In this document: piece after piece, positions 48,999 through 61,004 of the stretch
How the letters are laid out: each line of letters begins with the position of its first letter
Position numbering within the stretch: position 1 is the first letter of the stretch
Program-made: the position numbers and the translations under genes
Assembly: GCA_020852475.1 (NCBI GenBank)
Contig: JADZAR010000086.1
Span: 32,631 to 96,630 of the forward strand
Direction of reading: 5' to 3'
Source of the DNA: Nitrosomonas sp.
GTDB lineage: Bacteria; Pseudomonadota; Gammaproteobacteria; Burkholderiales; Nitrosomonadaceae
Length of the DNA stretch: 64,000 nucleotides
The notes under the pieces: generated by a model
The model's input: the letters and a program-made list of their open reading frames with translations, nothing else
Databases searched by the model: none
Told to the model about the DNA's origin: nothing

Positions 48999-49529
48999 TT
49001 ATGTCTGCTCCTGTAATTCCATGATCAATGGAATTATTTTATTCCTAAGAGAATCGACAGTAACAGGACCAATTTGCTTATGTCGGATGATTCCTTGCTT
49101 GTCGATGACATAAGTTTCAGGAACACCGTAAACTCCATAATCAATACCCACAGTGCCGTCAGGATCAACCAGACTTGCAACATACGGGTCGCCGTACAAT
49201 CTCAGCCACTGTTTTGCTGTGGTATTTTCATCCTTATAATTCAAACCATAGACTGGAACGATTCCAGATTTAGCAAGTTGCACCAAAAGTGGGTGCTCAT
49301 CGCGACAAGCAATACACCATGAAGCCCAAACATTCAGCAGCCATACCTTACCCAAATTATCCTTGGAAGAAAACAGCTTATCGGGTTCATGCAAGTTATA
49401 TAACTCAAACTCAGGTGCAGGTTTATCAATTAAGGGGGATGGAACCTGACGCGGATTCAATGACAAGCCGACAAATAAAAATACAGCAAGTACCAAAAAA
49501 GCGAATAGTGGTGCTAAATAGCGCATCAT
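48999..49529 (-). CDS. ccmG: Thiol:disulfide interchange protein DsbE/CcmG
   Basis: The active-site motif is WASWCIACRDEHP. It also has GVYGVPETY. Confidence 0.9.
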   Translation of the reverse strand: MMRYLAPLFAFLVLAVFLFVGLSLNPRQVPSPLIDKPAPEFELYNLHEPDKLFSSKDNLGKVWLLNVWASWCIACRDEHPLLVQLAKSGIVPVYGLNYKDENTTAKQWLRLYGDPYVASLVDPDGTVGIDYGVYGVPETYVIDKQGIIRHKQIGPVTVDSLRNKIIPLIMELQEQT

Positions 49530-51571
49530 GCTTTTCGCGTCTCCGTTACCAGAGCAGAATCAACGGCTACTGCAGGTTTATCTTTTCCGGAAAGACGCGC
49601 TTCAGGCACAACTTCCTTATTCATCGGTGATCTACTTTTAATTTTCAAGCGATAACGCTTATCACTGACCGCTGTAATCCCGCCTATAGCCATCAACAAG
49701 CAACCAAACCAGATCCAGTCAACAAATGGTTTATGATAGGCTCTCACAACCCATGCATCGTTCGCAAGAGGCTCACCGAGAGCCACGTAGAGATCGCGGA
49801 AAATACCCGTATCAATTGCGGCTTCGGTCATAACCATGCCCGATGCATTATAGGTACGCTTTTCAGGGAAAAGTTTACGTACAAACTCCCCATTTTTAAA
49901 CACATCAATTTCACCACGGACCGACATATAATTTGGCCCCGTCACATCCGATACACCATTAAATTGGAAAGCATAATCTCCAATTGTTACACGACTGCCG
50001 ATGTCCATACGAACATCCTTTTCCGTTTCATAACCATTAACAAGTGTGACACCAATAATGAATACCGCCACACCAAGGTGTGCGCAATGCATACCATAGT
50101 AGCTTCTTGATTGTTTAGCCAGTTTTGTAAATACATTACCCTCGCCGCTATTATCCAATCGGTGCTTTAAGCTTACAAGAATACTTACAAAAATCCAGAA
50201 TGCCATTAACAAACCGAAACTCACCAATGGTTTCCATTCACCCATATAGTAAGGCGCAATCAATGCACTGATAAAGCTTACCGCTATTGCCCAACGAATA
50301 CGTACAGCCAATGACGGCAAGCTCATTTGCTTCCAGCGGGATATAGGGCCTAAACCAATCAGAAAAATTGCTGGCACCATAATTGGAACAAAAACTGCTT
50401 CAAAATAGGGGGGGCCCACCGAAATTTTACCGAGATTCAGTGCATCCACAATAAGTGGATACAAAGTTCCTAGCATAACGCTGGCGGCGGCAACCAACAA
50501 CAGTAGATTATTTGCTAACAGCATGGATTCACGGGATAACAAATCGAATTTCCCGCCCAAACCTACTTTGGGTGCGCGCCATGCAAACAATAGTAATGAT
50601 AACGTTACTGTAACAAAAAGAAATCCAAGGATGAAGACGCCTCTTTCTGGATCAGTTGCAAAGGCATGCACCGAAGTTAAAACACCTGATCTTACTAGAA
50701 AAGTACCTAGAAGACACAAAGCAAAGGTACAAATAGCCAACAGTACAGTCCAGCTTTTAAAACTACCACGTTTTTCAGTTACTGCAAGCGAATGCATTAA
50801 TGCAGTACCTACCAGCCAAGGCATAAATGATGCATTCTCGACCGGATCCCAAAACCACCAACCGCCCCAACCAAGTTCATAATAAGCCCACCAGCTGCCT
50901 AACATAATACCAGAAGTCAAAAACACCCACGCTACAGTCGTCCATGGACGAGACCATCGCGCCCATGTTGCGTCCAGTCTTCCACTCAACAAAGCTGCTA
51001 TTGCAAAAGCAAAAGCCACTGAAAATCCGACATATCCCATATACAACATCGGTGGATGTATAACCATGCCAGGATCCTGTAGTAACGGATTAAGATCGCT
51101 ACCCTCCATCGCCGCCGGCAACAAGCGATCAAATGGATTGGAAGTCATCAACATAAATAACAGAAAACCAATACTTACTAAACCAAGCACTCCTAATACG
51201 CGCGCAACCATATCTTCAGGCAACTGTTTACTAAAGACACTCACTGCGATAGACCACCCCGCCAGCATGAGCACCCACAGCAACAGTGAGCCTTCATGAG
51301 AGCCCCACGTAGCTGCAATACGATACTGCAACGGTAGTTCCGTATTAGAATTCCTCGCGACATTTATAACTGAAAAATCGCTGGTAACAAATGAATACCC
51401 AAGACATAGAAAAGCGATCAGCACAAAAACAAACTGTCCCTGCACCACAGGTTTCGCCAATGCCATCCAAGATGGAATACCCCGGGCAGCGCCAATTAAG
51501 GGTAACGTACCTTGGATAGTCGCTAATAACAACGCAAGAATTAATGCAAAATTACCAATTTCTGGAATCAT
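49526..51571 (-). CDS. ccmF: Cytochrome c heme lyase subunit CcmF
   Basis: The protein is 681 aa and polytopic. The WWD motif is WGGWWFWDPVEN. Confidence 0.95.
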   Translation of the reverse strand: MIPEIGNFALILALLLATIQGTLPLIGAARGIPSWMALAKPVVQGQFVFVLIAFLCLGYSFVTSDFSVINVARNSNTELPLQYRIAATWGSHEGSLLLWVLMLAGWSIAVSVFSKQLPEDMVARVLGVLGLVSIGFLLFMLMTSNPFDRLLPAAMEGSDLNPLLQDPGMVIHPPMLYMGYVGFSVAFAFAIAALLSGRLDATWARWSRPWTTVAWVFLTSGIMLGSWWAYYELGWGGWWFWDPVENASFMPWLVGTALMHSLAVTEKRGSFKSWTVLLAICTFALCLLGTFLVRSGVLTSVHAFATDPERGVFILGFLFVTVTLSLLLFAWRAPKVGLGGKFDLLSRESMLLANNLLLLVAAASVMLGTLYPLIVDALNLGKISVGPPYFEAVFVPIMVPAIFLIGLGPISRWKQMSLPSLAVRIRWAIAVSFISALIAPYYMGEWKPLVSFGLLMAFWIFVSILVSLKHRLDNSGEGNVFTKLAKQSRSYYGMHCAHLGVAVFIIGVTLVNGYETEKDVRMDIGSRVTIGDYAFQFNGVSDVTGPNYMSVRGEIDVFKNGEFVRKLFPEKRTYNASGMVMTEAAIDTGIFRDLYVALGEPLANDAWVVRAYHKPFVDWIWFGCLLMAIGGITAVSDKRYRLKIKSRSPMNKEVVPEARLSGKDKPAVAVDSALVTETRKA

Positions 51572-51643
51572 AATATCTTATCTGTAATGAATATATGAAT
51601 ACAATAAAATTGAACCGAACCAAGTTCATGACCAATTTATATT

Positions 51644-52093
51644 TTATTGTGTCAAGGAATTTCTCTGAGCTTTGGCGGCTTCTTCCAAGGCAAGTGCAGC
51701 TTCTGGAGGCATATAATTTTCATCATGTTTAGCCAGCACTTCATCAGCTTTAAAAATACCGCCAGAATCTAATTTTCCCTGTGCGACAACACCCTTGCCT
51801 TCTCTGAACAAATCCGGGAGTATGCCGGTATAAACAACTTGTATTGCTTCCGCCGTATCGGTTATAGAGAATCTTACAGTTGTGCTGTCCTGCTCACGCT
51901 TGACACTCCCTTCTTCCACTAATCCGCCAACTCTAAAACTCTTACCCACAGGCGCCTCATTAGCGATGACTTGCGTGGGACTGAAAAAGAAAACGAGATT
52001 ACTTTGAAATGCGTTAAGAACTAATACAGCAGCAAAACCTAATGCGGTGACGCCCGCGGTAATCACCGCAAGTTTTTTATGACGTGGCTTCAT
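51644..52093 (-). CDS. ccmE: Heme chaperone CcmE
   Basis: The heme-binding motif is [13 protein letters not shown]. An N-terminal anchor is present. Confidence 0.9.
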   Translation of the reverse strand: MKPRHKKLAVITAGVTALGFAAVLVLNAFQSNLVFFFSPTQVIANEAPVGKSFRVGGLVEEGSVKREQDSTTVRFSITDTAEAIQVVYTGILPDLFREGKGVVAQGKLDSGGIFKADEVLAKHDENYMPPEAALALEEAAKAQRNSLTQ

Positions 52094-52365
52094 TTTTTTA
52101 TCTCTTCAGTACTGGAAGCTGCTTTAACACTCTGGTTTTCATTATTTGATGAGTCTATTTCCGTATTGATAAGCGCTTCTTTATCAGAATTTTCTTTACC
52201 ATATGGATCGTGAGTGAGACCATATGTTTTACTCAAAGTTCGGTGACGTCTTGAAATTAATAATACCTCACTCATCACACATATAAGCGTGACAAGATAT
52301 GATCCCCATACATAAATACCATATCCACCCATGGCAAAAAACTCAGACCAACTGGACCAGTTCAC
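52090..52365 (-). CDS. ccmD: Heme exporter protein CcmD (with an unusually long hydrophilic tail)
   Basis: The N-terminus [20 protein letters not shown] is typical of CcmD, and the gene lies between ccmC and ccmE. Confidence 0.7.
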   Translation of the reverse strand: MNWSSWSEFFAMGGYGIYVWGSYLVTLICVMSEVLLISRRHRTLSKTYGLTHDPYGKENSDKEALINTEIDSSNNENQSVKAASSTEEIKK

Positions 52366-53108
52366 TATAACGCTCCTTTTTTCCTCAACTCAGCCACCCA
52401 TGCCGTATGGGATTCTCTCTCAAGAATAATAATTCGGACACGCTTCAGTATGACCGCTATCGAGTACATCCAACTGGCTAACACCATTACCATCATGCCT
52501 GTCAACATGACAGACGCCATGGTCGGTGCCTGATTTACACTAACAGATGCGCCCTGATGAAGAGTATTCCACCATTGCACAGAGAAATAAATAATCGGTA
52601 TATTGATCACACCGACTAAAGCAATAATCGCACCCGCTTTGTCTGCTCTACGCGGATCATCAATTGCTGCCTGTAGTGACATAAAGCCAATATAAAGAAA
52701 CAGAAGAATCAGTTCTGATGTCAATCTCGCATCCCAAACCCACCAAGTTCCCCACATTGGCTTTCCCCACAGCGAGCCCGTCCATAAAGCTAAAAACGTA
52801 AACATCGCTCCCGTTGGCGCAATTGCGGTTGCCATCATGGATGACAGACGTGTATTAAAAGCTAGTCCTATACCTGCCCAACAAGCCATAACCACATATA
52901 AAAACATCGACATCCAGGCGGCCGGAACATGAATGAAAATAATACGATATGCCTCGCCTTGCTGAAAATCAGTTGGTGCGACAAAAAAACCAATATAAAG
53001 ACCAATCGTCAGTAGACCGATCGCAAGAATTGTAAAGAAGGGAACCATCTTACCTGCCAAAGTATAAAAGCTGGCAGGAGATGCGTATTTATACCAATTA
53101 ATCGCCAT
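52365..53108 (-). CDS. ccmC: Heme exporter protein CcmC
   Basis: The WWD motif is WGKPMWGTWWVWDARLT. The protein is 247 aa. Confidence 0.9.
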   Translation of the reverse strand: MAINWYKYASPASFYTLAGKMVPFFTILAIGLLTIGLYIGFFVAPTDFQQGEAYRIIFIHVPAAWMSMFLYVVMACWAGIGLAFNTRLSSMMATAIAPTGAMFTFLALWTGSLWGKPMWGTWWVWDARLTSELILLFLYIGFMSLQAAIDDPRRADKAGAIIALVGVINIPIIYFSVQWWNTLHQGASVSVNQAPTMASVMLTGMMVMVLASWMYSIAVILKRVRIIILERESHTAWVAELRKKGAL

Positions 53109-53258
53109 AAATTAGGATATGTGTATTTTATTTTTAATAATCTTTTCTTTTGTCTGTTACTTCCCGTTTGCTGCAAGTAATTTTATACCAAAAACAGATT
53201 TAAAAAATTACTTTGATAAAAATCAGACAACTTCGAAAAGTTAAGCCGCAAAGGAACT

Positions 53259-53918
53259 TTATTCCAAGGAAACACGCAATGACGCAGCAATTGCCCATGG
53301 TGCAAGAACAAGCGAGACGAGCAGAAAGGCGCCCAGTAAAGACAAGTGCGCATCATAACTGATACCTGCCATATTAGCTTCGACTGCCCCGGCTCCAAAA
53401 ATCAGAACCGGAATATAAAGTGGCAGCACCAACAAGGAAACCAGGACACCTCCACCGCGCAAGCCTAACGTTAAAGCCGCGCCTATCGCACCAATCAGAC
53501 TCAATACAGGCGTTCCAAGTAACAAAGACACAACCAGAACAAACAAAGCATCTGCTGGGAGATCATATTGAATCCCTAAAACCGGGGCCATTACGACTAA
53601 TGGCATCCCCGTGACCAACCAATGCGCCAGCGCTTTTCCAAGCACAAGAATGGATAATGACTGCGGTGACAACAGCATTTGCTCCAATGTGCCGTCTGAA
53701 TAATCACTCGAAAACAATCGCCCTAACGACAACATTGACGCCAACAATGCAGCAACCCATACTATGCCGGGCGCCATAGTTCGCAATAAGTTCATTTCCG
53801 GACCGACACTTAGCGGGAACAAACTGACCACTATCACAAAAAAGAACAATGTTGTCAAAACATCGGATCTTCGACGCACGGCGAGCAACAAATCGCGCTG
53901 TATAATCCAGAAAAACAT
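53259..53918 (-). CDS. ccmB: Heme exporter permease CcmB
   Basis: The protein is hydrophobic (219 aa), and its N-terminus FFWIIQRDLLLAVRRRSD is typical of CcmB. Confidence 0.9.
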   Translation of the reverse strand: MFFWIIQRDLLLAVRRRSDVLTTLFFFVIVVSLFPLSVGPEMNLLRTMAPGIVWVAALLASMLSLGRLFSSDYSDGTLEQMLLSPQSLSILVLGKALAHWLVTGMPLVVMAPVLGIQYDLPADALFVLVVSLLLGTPVLSLIGAIGAALTLGLRGGGVLVSLLVLPLYIPVLIFGAGAVEANMAGISYDAHLSLLGAFLLVSLVLAPWAIAASLRVSLE

Positions 53919-53919
53919 A

Positions 53920-54549
53920 CTATACCAATCTCAAATGCACTGCTGAAATTGCAGCAACATCAATTGCTTGATGCGTCGTCATCACGACCAATCCTTTTTC
54001 AGCCAGATGCCGCTCTAGTAATTCCTGAATTAGCTTAACTGCCGTAATATCAAGCGCAGCTAATGGCTCATCCAGAATCCATAGCTTTGTTTTACAAACC
54101 AACAATCTCGCCAGCGCAACGCGTCTTCGCTGTCCCTGCGACAAAACCTTAGCCGGCAGAAATTCCCTGCCATTCAACCCCATATAAGCTAACGCATCGC
54201 GGGCTTGTGTCTCTGATATACGCTCACCGGCCAGTGCACTCGATATGCGCAAGTTCTCCAGCACGGTCAGATCATCTTTTGTGCCGCTTAAATGACCGAT
54301 ATAGGTTAGGTTTGAGAAGTATTCATTCTTCAGATCACGAATTGAAAAACCACGCCAAGTAATTTCTCCCAACGCTGGATTAGATAAGCCACACAGCATC
54401 CGTAGTAGGCTTGTTTTACCGCTGCCATTAGGTCCGTGCACCTGCATCAACCCACCCGCTTCCAAGGTGAAATTCACCGCCTTGAAAAGTCTTCGGTCAC
54501 CACGCACGCAAGCTAGATTGATTCCTTGCAACATTATTATTTCTTGCAA
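53920..54549 (-). CDS. ccmA: Heme exporter ATP-binding protein CcmA
   Basis: Walker A is GPNGSGKTS, the signature is LSQGQRRRV and Walker B is WILDEP. An alternative start Met is at 54534. Confidence 0.9.
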   Translation of the reverse strand: MQEIIMLQGINLACVRGDRRLFKAVNFTLEAGGLMQVHGPNGSGKTSLLRMLCGLSNPALGEITWRGFSIRDLKNEYFSNLTYIGHLSGTKDDLTVLENLRISSALAGERISETQARDALAYMGLNGREFLPAKVLSQGQRRRVALARLLVCKTKLWILDEPLAALDITAVKLIQELLERHLAEKGLVVMTTHQAIDVAAISAVHLRLV

Positions 54550-54756
54550 ATATTAAACCGAAGATTATACCGCATTGACTATAAGGCATTTCTAAAAATG
54601 CCAAGTTTTGCTACAACACTGCGTTGCTCAAATAAAGTTTCTTTCTATATCAATAACATGTCACACAGGCGCTTTTATTCACGCCACGTTTTATTCATTT
54701 TCTGTTTAAAACTTTGAATTTTCTGAAACGCCTTATAATTTGTAACTTTACATTTC

Positions 54757-55737
54757 TTACCGATAGGGTTGATTCGCAGCAAAATGATACGGTTCGATCA
54801 TATAAGAAGTGGACATCAACCGCTTCGACTTTAAGTTTAAATTCATGGTAATTTCTCCAAGCCCCAGAAACTGCTGCTGATAATATAGTCGCACATTCTG
54901 GGACTTATCTTCAGCATTTACCGGTAATGTGAAACTTATCGAGTCCTGCCTTGCTGAAAGCGCGCGCCCGGTAAGCAGATACCGGGCTTCTTCTTTATCC
55001 AACTGGATTGACGGAATATCGGACAACAAACTATCAACAGGCAAAAGACAACCATCACGATCTTCTCTATTCATATTTTCGATTACTTTCAGTATTTGAG
55101 ATTTTGAAAGATCAAAATTACCTACCGCACTACGGCGCAACCCGATCAAATAAGCACTTCCACAACCCAGTGCTTTTCCAATATCTTCAGCCAATGTACG
55201 AATATACGTACCTGTTCCGCACTCAACACTTATCTTCAGTTCATCTCCTGTCAGCGAATCAACTTTGATGTCATAGATAAAAACGGTCCTCGCCTTTCGC
55301 TCTATTGTTTCTCCCTTTCTTGCATAAGCGTACAACGGCTTGCCACAATACTTCAGCGCACTATACATGGGCGGGGTTTGTAAAATTTCTCCTACGAACT
55401 GCCTGAGAACCGACTCACAATCACGAATTGAAAGATTGGCAGACTGCGATGCATTTGAGATTTTTTTTATTTCACCTTCGACGTCTCCCGTTGTACTCTG
55501 ATAACCCAGCTTTAGAACAGCTTCATAATGCTTGCGGGCGTTTAACGGTATCGAAGAAAATTTGGTCGCTTCCCCAAAACAGATCGGCAGCACGCCGGTC
55601 GCCATCGGATCCAATGTACCCGTATGTCCCGATTTAGTCGCTGCGTATAAATACTTGATAATTTGAAGCGCCTTATTCGATGATATGCCACAAGGCTTAT
55701 CGAGTAGCAGCACACCGCTAATATTGCGCTTGATCAT
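54757..55737 (-). CDS. truB: tRNA pseudouridine-55 synthase
   Basis: It contains GVLLLDKPCGISSN and GHTGTLDPMATG. The start is set at the internal Met (MIKRNISG); the track start is 55761. Confidence 0.9.
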   Translation of the reverse strand: MIKRNISGVLLLDKPCGISSNKALQIIKYLYAATKSGHTGTLDPMATGVLPICFGEATKFSSIPLNARKHYEAVLKLGYQSTTGDVEGEIKKISNASQSANLSIRDCESVLRQFVGEILQTPPMYSALKYCGKPLYAYARKGETIERKARTVFIYDIKVDSLTGDELKISVECGTGTYIRTLAEDIGKALGCGSAYLIGLRRSAVGNFDLSKSQILKVIENMNREDRDGCLLPVDSLLSDIPSIQLDKEEARYLLTGRALSARQDSISFTLPVNAEDKSQNVRLYYQQQFLGLGEITMNLNLKSKRLMSTSYMIEPYHFAANQPYR

Positions 55738-55820
55738 AAAAAAAGTAGAAAAAGAATGCACATTTATCGACTGATGAGCAATCAGCTCTGGAAATGCGGA
55801 TTCTAAATTTAAACCGTATG

Positions 55821-56180
55821 TTATCTATTTTCTTGTGCAATTGCCTCATCAATCAATTTCGAAAGATGCGCACCGCGTTCTATTGATTTGTCATAAATAA
55901 ACACTAATTGCGGAATCTGGCGCAGATTGATTCTTTTAGACAGACTCGAACGCAAAAAACCACCGGCATGTTCCAGACCTTTTTCGACAGCACGATTATT
56001 TTCCTGACCATCTAGTGTAGTGTAATAGACTTTTGCATAGGCATAGTCACGACTGACCTCCACCGCAGTAATCGTAACTTGGTTGATTCGTGGATCCTTG
56101 ATTTCATGATGCAGCAAATCCGCGAGTTCACGCTGAATCTGATCTGCAACACGTAACGAGCGAGAAAAATCTTTTGGCAT
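55821..56180 (-). CDS. rbfA: 30S ribosome-binding factor RbfA
   Basis: The sequence begins MPKDFSRSLRVADQIQRELA. The protein is 119 aa and lies after infB. Confidence 0.9.
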   Translation of the reverse strand: MPKDFSRSLRVADQIQRELADLLHHEIKDPRINQVTITAVEVSRDYAYAKVYYTTLDGQENNRAVEKGLEHAGGFLRSSLSKRINLRQIPQLVFIYDKSIERGAHLSKLIDEAIAQENR

Positions 56181-56185
56181 TGAGA

Positions 56186-58954
56186 CTAGAGTGACCTTGC
56201 AGTCTCGACTATTTCATAAACTTCCAACTGATCACCAACCAATATGTCATTGTAATTCTTAAGCGAGATACCACATTCGAAACCTTCCCTGACTTCTCTA
56301 GCATCATCTTTAAATCGTTTCAAGGAATCCAGCTCGCAGCTATGTATCACTTTTCCGTCGCGCAACACTCGTACCAGAGAATTCCGTCTGATAATTCCTT
56401 CCAGAACATAACAACCGGCGACCACGCCCACTTTTGGAATACGATATATTTCCCGAATGTCGATCAATCCAATAATATTTTCTTTTCTCTCAGGCGCCAT
56501 TAACCCTGATAGCGCAGCCTTAACTTCGTCAACCGCTTCATAGATAATGTTGTAGTAATGTACATCAACACCGCTTGATGCTATCAATTTGCGCGCGCCC
56601 GCATCTGCACGCACATTAAAGCCAATAATCACGGCATTGGAAGCCAATGACAAGTTGATATCAGATTCGATAATCGCACCCACCGCGCTATGAATTATGT
56701 TGACCCTGACCTCATCCGTTGATAACTTTTCCAATGCATGGGCAAGCGCCTCGCACGAACCCTGCACATCGGCTTTGATTATCAAAGAAAGCACCTTGAC
56801 ATCCGCCTGCTGATCAAAGATATTTTCCAGCTTCGCGGCATGCTGCTTGGCCAATTTAACATCGCGGTACTTTCCTTGACGAAACAGTGCGATTTCTCTC
56901 GCTTTTCGTTCATCATCCAATACCATCACATTCTCGCCCGCCTCCGGCACTTCCGCCAACCCTTGTATTTCAACCGGAATAGAAGTACCCGCTCGCTTTA
57001 TTTTGCGTCCATTTTCGTCACTCATGGCACGTACTTTTCCATAAACTGCGCCAGCCAGTAACACATCACCCTGCTTTAAGGTACCGGACTGAATCAGAAT
57101 TGTCGCCACTGGGCCACGACCTTTATCAAGTCGTGATTCGATCACAACACCTTTTGCCGAAGTTTCCTTGGGAGCCTTTAGTTCCAGCACTTCCGCCTGC
57201 AGCAGAATTGCTTCCAGCAAAGCATCAATTCCTTGCCCCGTTTTGGCGGAAACTTCTATAAACATTGTATCTCCACCCCAATCTTCAGGAACCACTTCAT
57301 GAACAACCAATTCCTGTTTGATTTTTTCTACATTCGCCTCAGGTTTGTCTATTTTATTGACCGCAACAATGATCGGTATTTTAGCTGCTTTTGCATGATG
57401 AATCGCTTCAACGGTTTGCGGCATAACGCCATCATCTGCCGCCACCACCAGAATAACAATATCCGTAATCTTAGTGCCGCGCGCGCGCATTGCCGTAAAT
57501 GCCTCATGTCCGGGTGTATCCAGAAATGTAACCATGCCATGATCAGTTTCGACATGATATGCGCCAATATGCTGCGTAATTCCGCCAGCCTCACCGCCCG
57601 CCACACGAGTGCGCCGTATATAATCCAGCAGAGATGTCTTGCCGTGATCCACATGCCCCATCACTGTAACCACAGGTGCGCGGTGTACCATTTCGGTTTC
57701 AGCAATCACTGACTCAGCGTCTACAAGAAAAGCTTCCGGACTGTCCAGTGCAGCCGGCTTTGCCACATGCCCCAATTCCTCGACAACTATCATGGCAGTT
57801 TCCTGATCCAGCATTTGATTGATTGTTACCATGCTGCCCATATTCATCAGTACTTTAATAATATCCGCCGCCTTAATGGACATTTTTTGCGCCAGCGCCC
57901 CAACTGAAATAGTTTCAGGCACGATCACATCGCGCACAATCGGTTCTGTCGGTGCTGAAAAACCGTGTTCCTTTTTCTCTATTTCGGCGAACTTCTGCTG
58001 TTTATCGCGTCGCCCGCGCCAACTTTGCCCCGATGAGAGATCTTCACGCACTTTCGCAGCAGCACGCTTGCGGGCCCCCTCATCAGACCAGGCCAATTGC
58101 TTGACAGGTTTCTTTTTCTTATCGGTTTTATCAGTTTTATCCGCTTTATCAAGTTTCTCCGGTTTTTCCACTTTTTTAACCGGCTTTGCAGCGGTCTTAC
58201 TTGCATCGACTGCTTGCGATCCTTTACTCTTCGGCTCGACTCCCTGTTCATTTTCAGTACTAGCCCGCTCTTGTTGCTTGGCTGCAGCAGCTTCCTGAGT
58301 CAAGGTTTTATCGCCTTCTTTCTGCGATATTGCATTGATCTGACGATCATCATCTGCTTGTCCGGCAACTGCACTCGGGACTATAGCGGTATCAATACTC
58401 GTTATTTCTTTTTGAACCTCTGTCTCTTCAGCTTCAGCGGAAGCGGCTGATTTACCCTTTTCTATTTTCTCCGTTTCAACTTTTTTCAGTTTCTTACGTT
58501 GAATTTCAGCCGCTTGGCGCGCTATCAACTCAGCCTGTTTTCTTGCTTCCGCTTCACGCAATGCCAATTCTCCCGCATCGACCACAGGTTCAAATTTGCG
58601 CGACTTCTCGGTGCTTTCAGTCTCAGTTGATTGCTCGCTAACTTCGTTTTCAAATGGTGATTTAGTGAGAATGCGTCTTTTCCTGACTACCTGAATCGTA
58701 CGAGCCCTTCCCATGCTATCTGATTTTCGAATTTCAGAGGTTTGCCGCCGCGTGAGCGTAATTTTTTCCTTTGCTTGTTTAGCGCCATGGGTTTTTCTAA
58801 GATAATCAAGCAATTGTTCCTTATCCTGCTCAGTCAGGTTATCCTCAGCAAACACCTTTTTAACACCTGCCGCCTGCAATTGCTCCAGCAGTACCGACGG
58901 CATTATGCCCAGTTCATGAGCAAATTGTTCTACACTCATTTGCGCCATTGACAA
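56186..58954 (-). CDS. infB: Translation initiation factor IF-2
   Basis: The G domain has [17 protein letters not shown] and NKID. The N-terminal region is Lys/Glu-rich. The protein is 922 aa. Confidence 0.95.
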   Translation of the reverse strand: MSMAQMSVEQFAHELGIMPSVLLEQLQAAGVKKVFAEDNLTEQDKEQLLDYLRKTHGAKQAKEKITLTRRQTSEIRKSDSMGRARTIQVVRKRRILTKSPFENEVSEQSTETESTEKSRKFEPVVDAGELALREAEARKQAELIARQAAEIQRKKLKKVETEKIEKGKSAASAEAEETEVQKEITSIDTAIVPSAVAGQADDDRQINAISQKEGDKTLTQEAAAAKQQERASTENEQGVEPKSKGSQAVDASKTAAKPVKKVEKPEKLDKADKTDKTDKKKKPVKQLAWSDEGARKRAAAKVREDLSSGQSWRGRRDKQQKFAEIEKKEHGFSAPTEPIVRDVIVPETISVGALAQKMSIKAADIIKVLMNMGSMVTINQMLDQETAMIVVEELGHVAKPAALDSPEAFLVDAESVIAETEMVHRAPVVTVMGHVDHGKTSLLDYIRRTRVAGGEAGGITQHIGAYHVETDHGMVTFLDTPGHEAFTAMRARGTKITDIVILVVAADDGVMPQTVEAIHHAKAAKIPIIVAVNKIDKPEANVEKIKQELVVHEVVPEDWGGDTMFIEVSAKTGQGIDALLEAILLQAEVLELKAPKETSAKGVVIESRLDKGRGPVATILIQSGTLKQGDVLLAGAVYGKVRAMSDENGRKIKRAGTSIPVEIQGLAEVPEAGENVMVLDDERKAREIALFRQGKYRDVKLAKQHAAKLENIFDQQADVKVLSLIIKADVQGSCEALAHALEKLSTDEVRVNIIHSAVGAIIESDINLSLASNAVIIGFNVRADAGARKLIASSGVDVHYYNIIYEAVDEVKAALSGLMAPERKENIIGLIDIREIYRIPKVGVVAGCYVLEGIIRRNSLVRVLRDGKVIHSCELDSLKRFKDDAREVREGFECGISLKNYNDILVGDQLEVYEIVETARSL

Positions 58955-59076
58955 TCCTTACACCCCTGTGACATCACAACACCAAATAAAGCGATCGCTT
59001 CATTGAAAAGATTCATTGATGTGTCTGTAAAATAAGCAACATTAACACATCAATCCGCTATAAAACAAAAAAACGG

Positions 59077-60549
59077 CTAAACAAACCATGGCTCACGTGC
59101 CTTCATAATCAATTTGTTCGCGCGCTCAACATCCATACCTGTCATTTCGACCAGATCATCAGCGGCCAAATCGGCCAAATCAGCCTGAGTATGGATACCT
59201 TCAGCCGCTAACACTCGCACCGTATCAAGATCCATACCTTCCAGTGAAAGCAAGTCCTCAGCAGCATTTTCAACTTTCTCTTCATCAGCAATAGCATCTG
59301 TCAACAATGTATTACGTGCACGCTCACGTATTTCGTTGATAGTTTCCTCATCCAAGGATTCAATTTCGAGCATTTCATCCAGTGGAACATAAGCAACTTC
59401 TTCAAGCGTAGCAAATCCCTCTTGCGTCAGAATATCAGCAATTTCATCGTCTACACCCAGCTTTTCGATAAACAGCGCTCGAATCAACTCAGTTTCTTCC
59501 TCATGCTTGGATTGTGATTCTTCCTCGGTCATGATGTTGAGAATCCACCCCGTCAATTCCGAAGCCAATCGCACATTTTGTCCGCCACGCCCTATGGCTT
59601 GCGCGAGATTATCTTCATCAACCACAATATCCATACTATGATTTTCTTCATCAACCATAATGCTGCTTATCTCTGCTGGAGCTAAAGCATTAATGATGAA
59701 AGTAGCCGGATCATCAGACCATAAAATAATATCGACGCGCTCGCCCGCCAACTCGCTGATAACCGCCTGTACTCTTGAACCGCGCATGCCCACGCAGGTG
59801 CCAATCGGATCGACGCGCTGATCATTGGACTTCACAGCTATTTTTGCGCGTGAACCAGGATCCCGGGCTGCTGCTTTGATCTCCAGAATGCCTTCTTCAA
59901 TTTCAGGCACTTCAAGTTCAAACAGTTTCATCAGAAATTCCGGGGAGATGCGCGATAATTTTAGTTGCGCACCCCTAGCCGCGCGATCCACTTTATACAA
60001 ATAGGCACGGACACGATCCCCTACGCGCAAATTCTCCTTGGGAATCATTTGATCACGCGGCAGTTCAGCTTCAATTTTTCCCGATTCTACAACAGCGTTG
60101 CCTCTTTCGATACGCTTGATAGTACCGGTAACCATATATTCACCGCGTTCGAGAAAATCATTTAATGTCTGCTCTCTTTCCGCATCACGTATTTTTTGAA
60201 AAATTACCTGCTTTGCCGCTTGAGCGCCGATGCGCCCAAACTCTATAGGCTCAAGCGGCGCCTCATTATAGGCGCCTAGTTGAATATCAGGATCGGATTG
60301 CATGGCTTCACTGAGCGCAATTTGACGCGAAGGTTCTTCAACCGCATCGTCTGCAACCACAAGCCAACGACGAAAAGATTCATAATCACCCGATTTTCTA
60401 TCAATAGAAACACGCACATCGACATCTTCATTAAATCGTTTTTTCGTCGCGGAAGATAATGCCATTTCCAATGCTGTAAAGACAATCTCTTTTTCCACAG
60501 CTTTTTCACGCGCCAGCGCATCAACCAACAATAAAATTTCGCGGCTCAT
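59077..60549 (-). CDS. nusA: Transcription termination/antitermination factor NusA
   Basis: The sequence begins [18 protein letters not shown], followed by S1 and KH regions and a C-terminal acidic repeat. The protein is 490 aa. Confidence 0.95.
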   Translation of the reverse strand: MSREILLLVDALAREKAVEKEIVFTALEMALSSATKKRFNEDVDVRVSIDRKSGDYESFRRWLVVADDAVEEPSRQIALSEAMQSDPDIQLGAYNEAPLEPIEFGRIGAQAAKQVIFQKIRDAEREQTLNDFLERGEYMVTGTIKRIERGNAVVESGKIEAELPRDQMIPKENLRVGDRVRAYLYKVDRAARGAQLKLSRISPEFLMKLFELEVPEIEEGILEIKAAARDPGSRAKIAVKSNDQRVDPIGTCVGMRGSRVQAVISELAGERVDIILWSDDPATFIINALAPAEISSIMVDEENHSMDIVVDEDNLAQAIGRGGQNVRLASELTGWILNIMTEEESQSKHEEETELIRALFIEKLGVDDEIADILTQEGFATLEEVAYVPLDEMLEIESLDEETINEIRERARNTLLTDAIADEEKVENAAEDLLSLEGMDLDTVRVLAAEGIHTQADLADLAADDLVEMTGMDVERANKLIMKAREPWFV

Positions 60550-60575
60550 AGCCCTCCAGTCAAATTTTTAGTTGC

Positions 60576-61004
60576 CTACAACTTTGGAACCAGTCGAGCC
60601 TTTCCAATATTGTGCATATCCAGGTCAAACAATTTTCCTTCGACTTCAAGTATTAAAATGCCATCATTTATTTCCCGCAAAACCCCTATGAAATTCCTTT
60701 GTCCCCGAACAGGAACACGCAGCTTCAATTTAACAGTTTCCCCCATAAACCGGAGAAAATCACGCTCTTTTTTTAGAGGCCTGTCCAATCCAGGCGAAGA
60801 AACCTCAAGACGATCATAGTCGATATTCTCAACAGCCAGCAGGCGATTTAAATGATTGCTGATCGCAACACAATCATCTATGGTGATACCGCCTTCTTTG
60901 TCTATATACACCCTGATCAACTTGCCGTGGGATGATTGCTCAACATCAACCAACTCGTAACCCATTCCATTAAGAGTCAATTCCAGCAAATTTTCCAGCA
61001 CCAT
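60576..61004 (-). CDS. rimP: Ribosome maturation factor RimP
   Basis: It contains GYELVDVE...[17 protein letters not shown]...[12 protein letters not shown]. The start is set at the internal Met (MVLENLL). Confidence 0.9.
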   Translation of the reverse strand: MVLENLLELTLNGMGYELVDVEQSSHGKLIRVYIDKEGGITIDDCVAISNHLNRLLAVENIDYDRLEVSSPGLDRPLKKERDFLRFMGETVKLKLRVPVRGQRNFIGVLREINDGILILEVEGKLFDLDMHNIGKARLVPKL

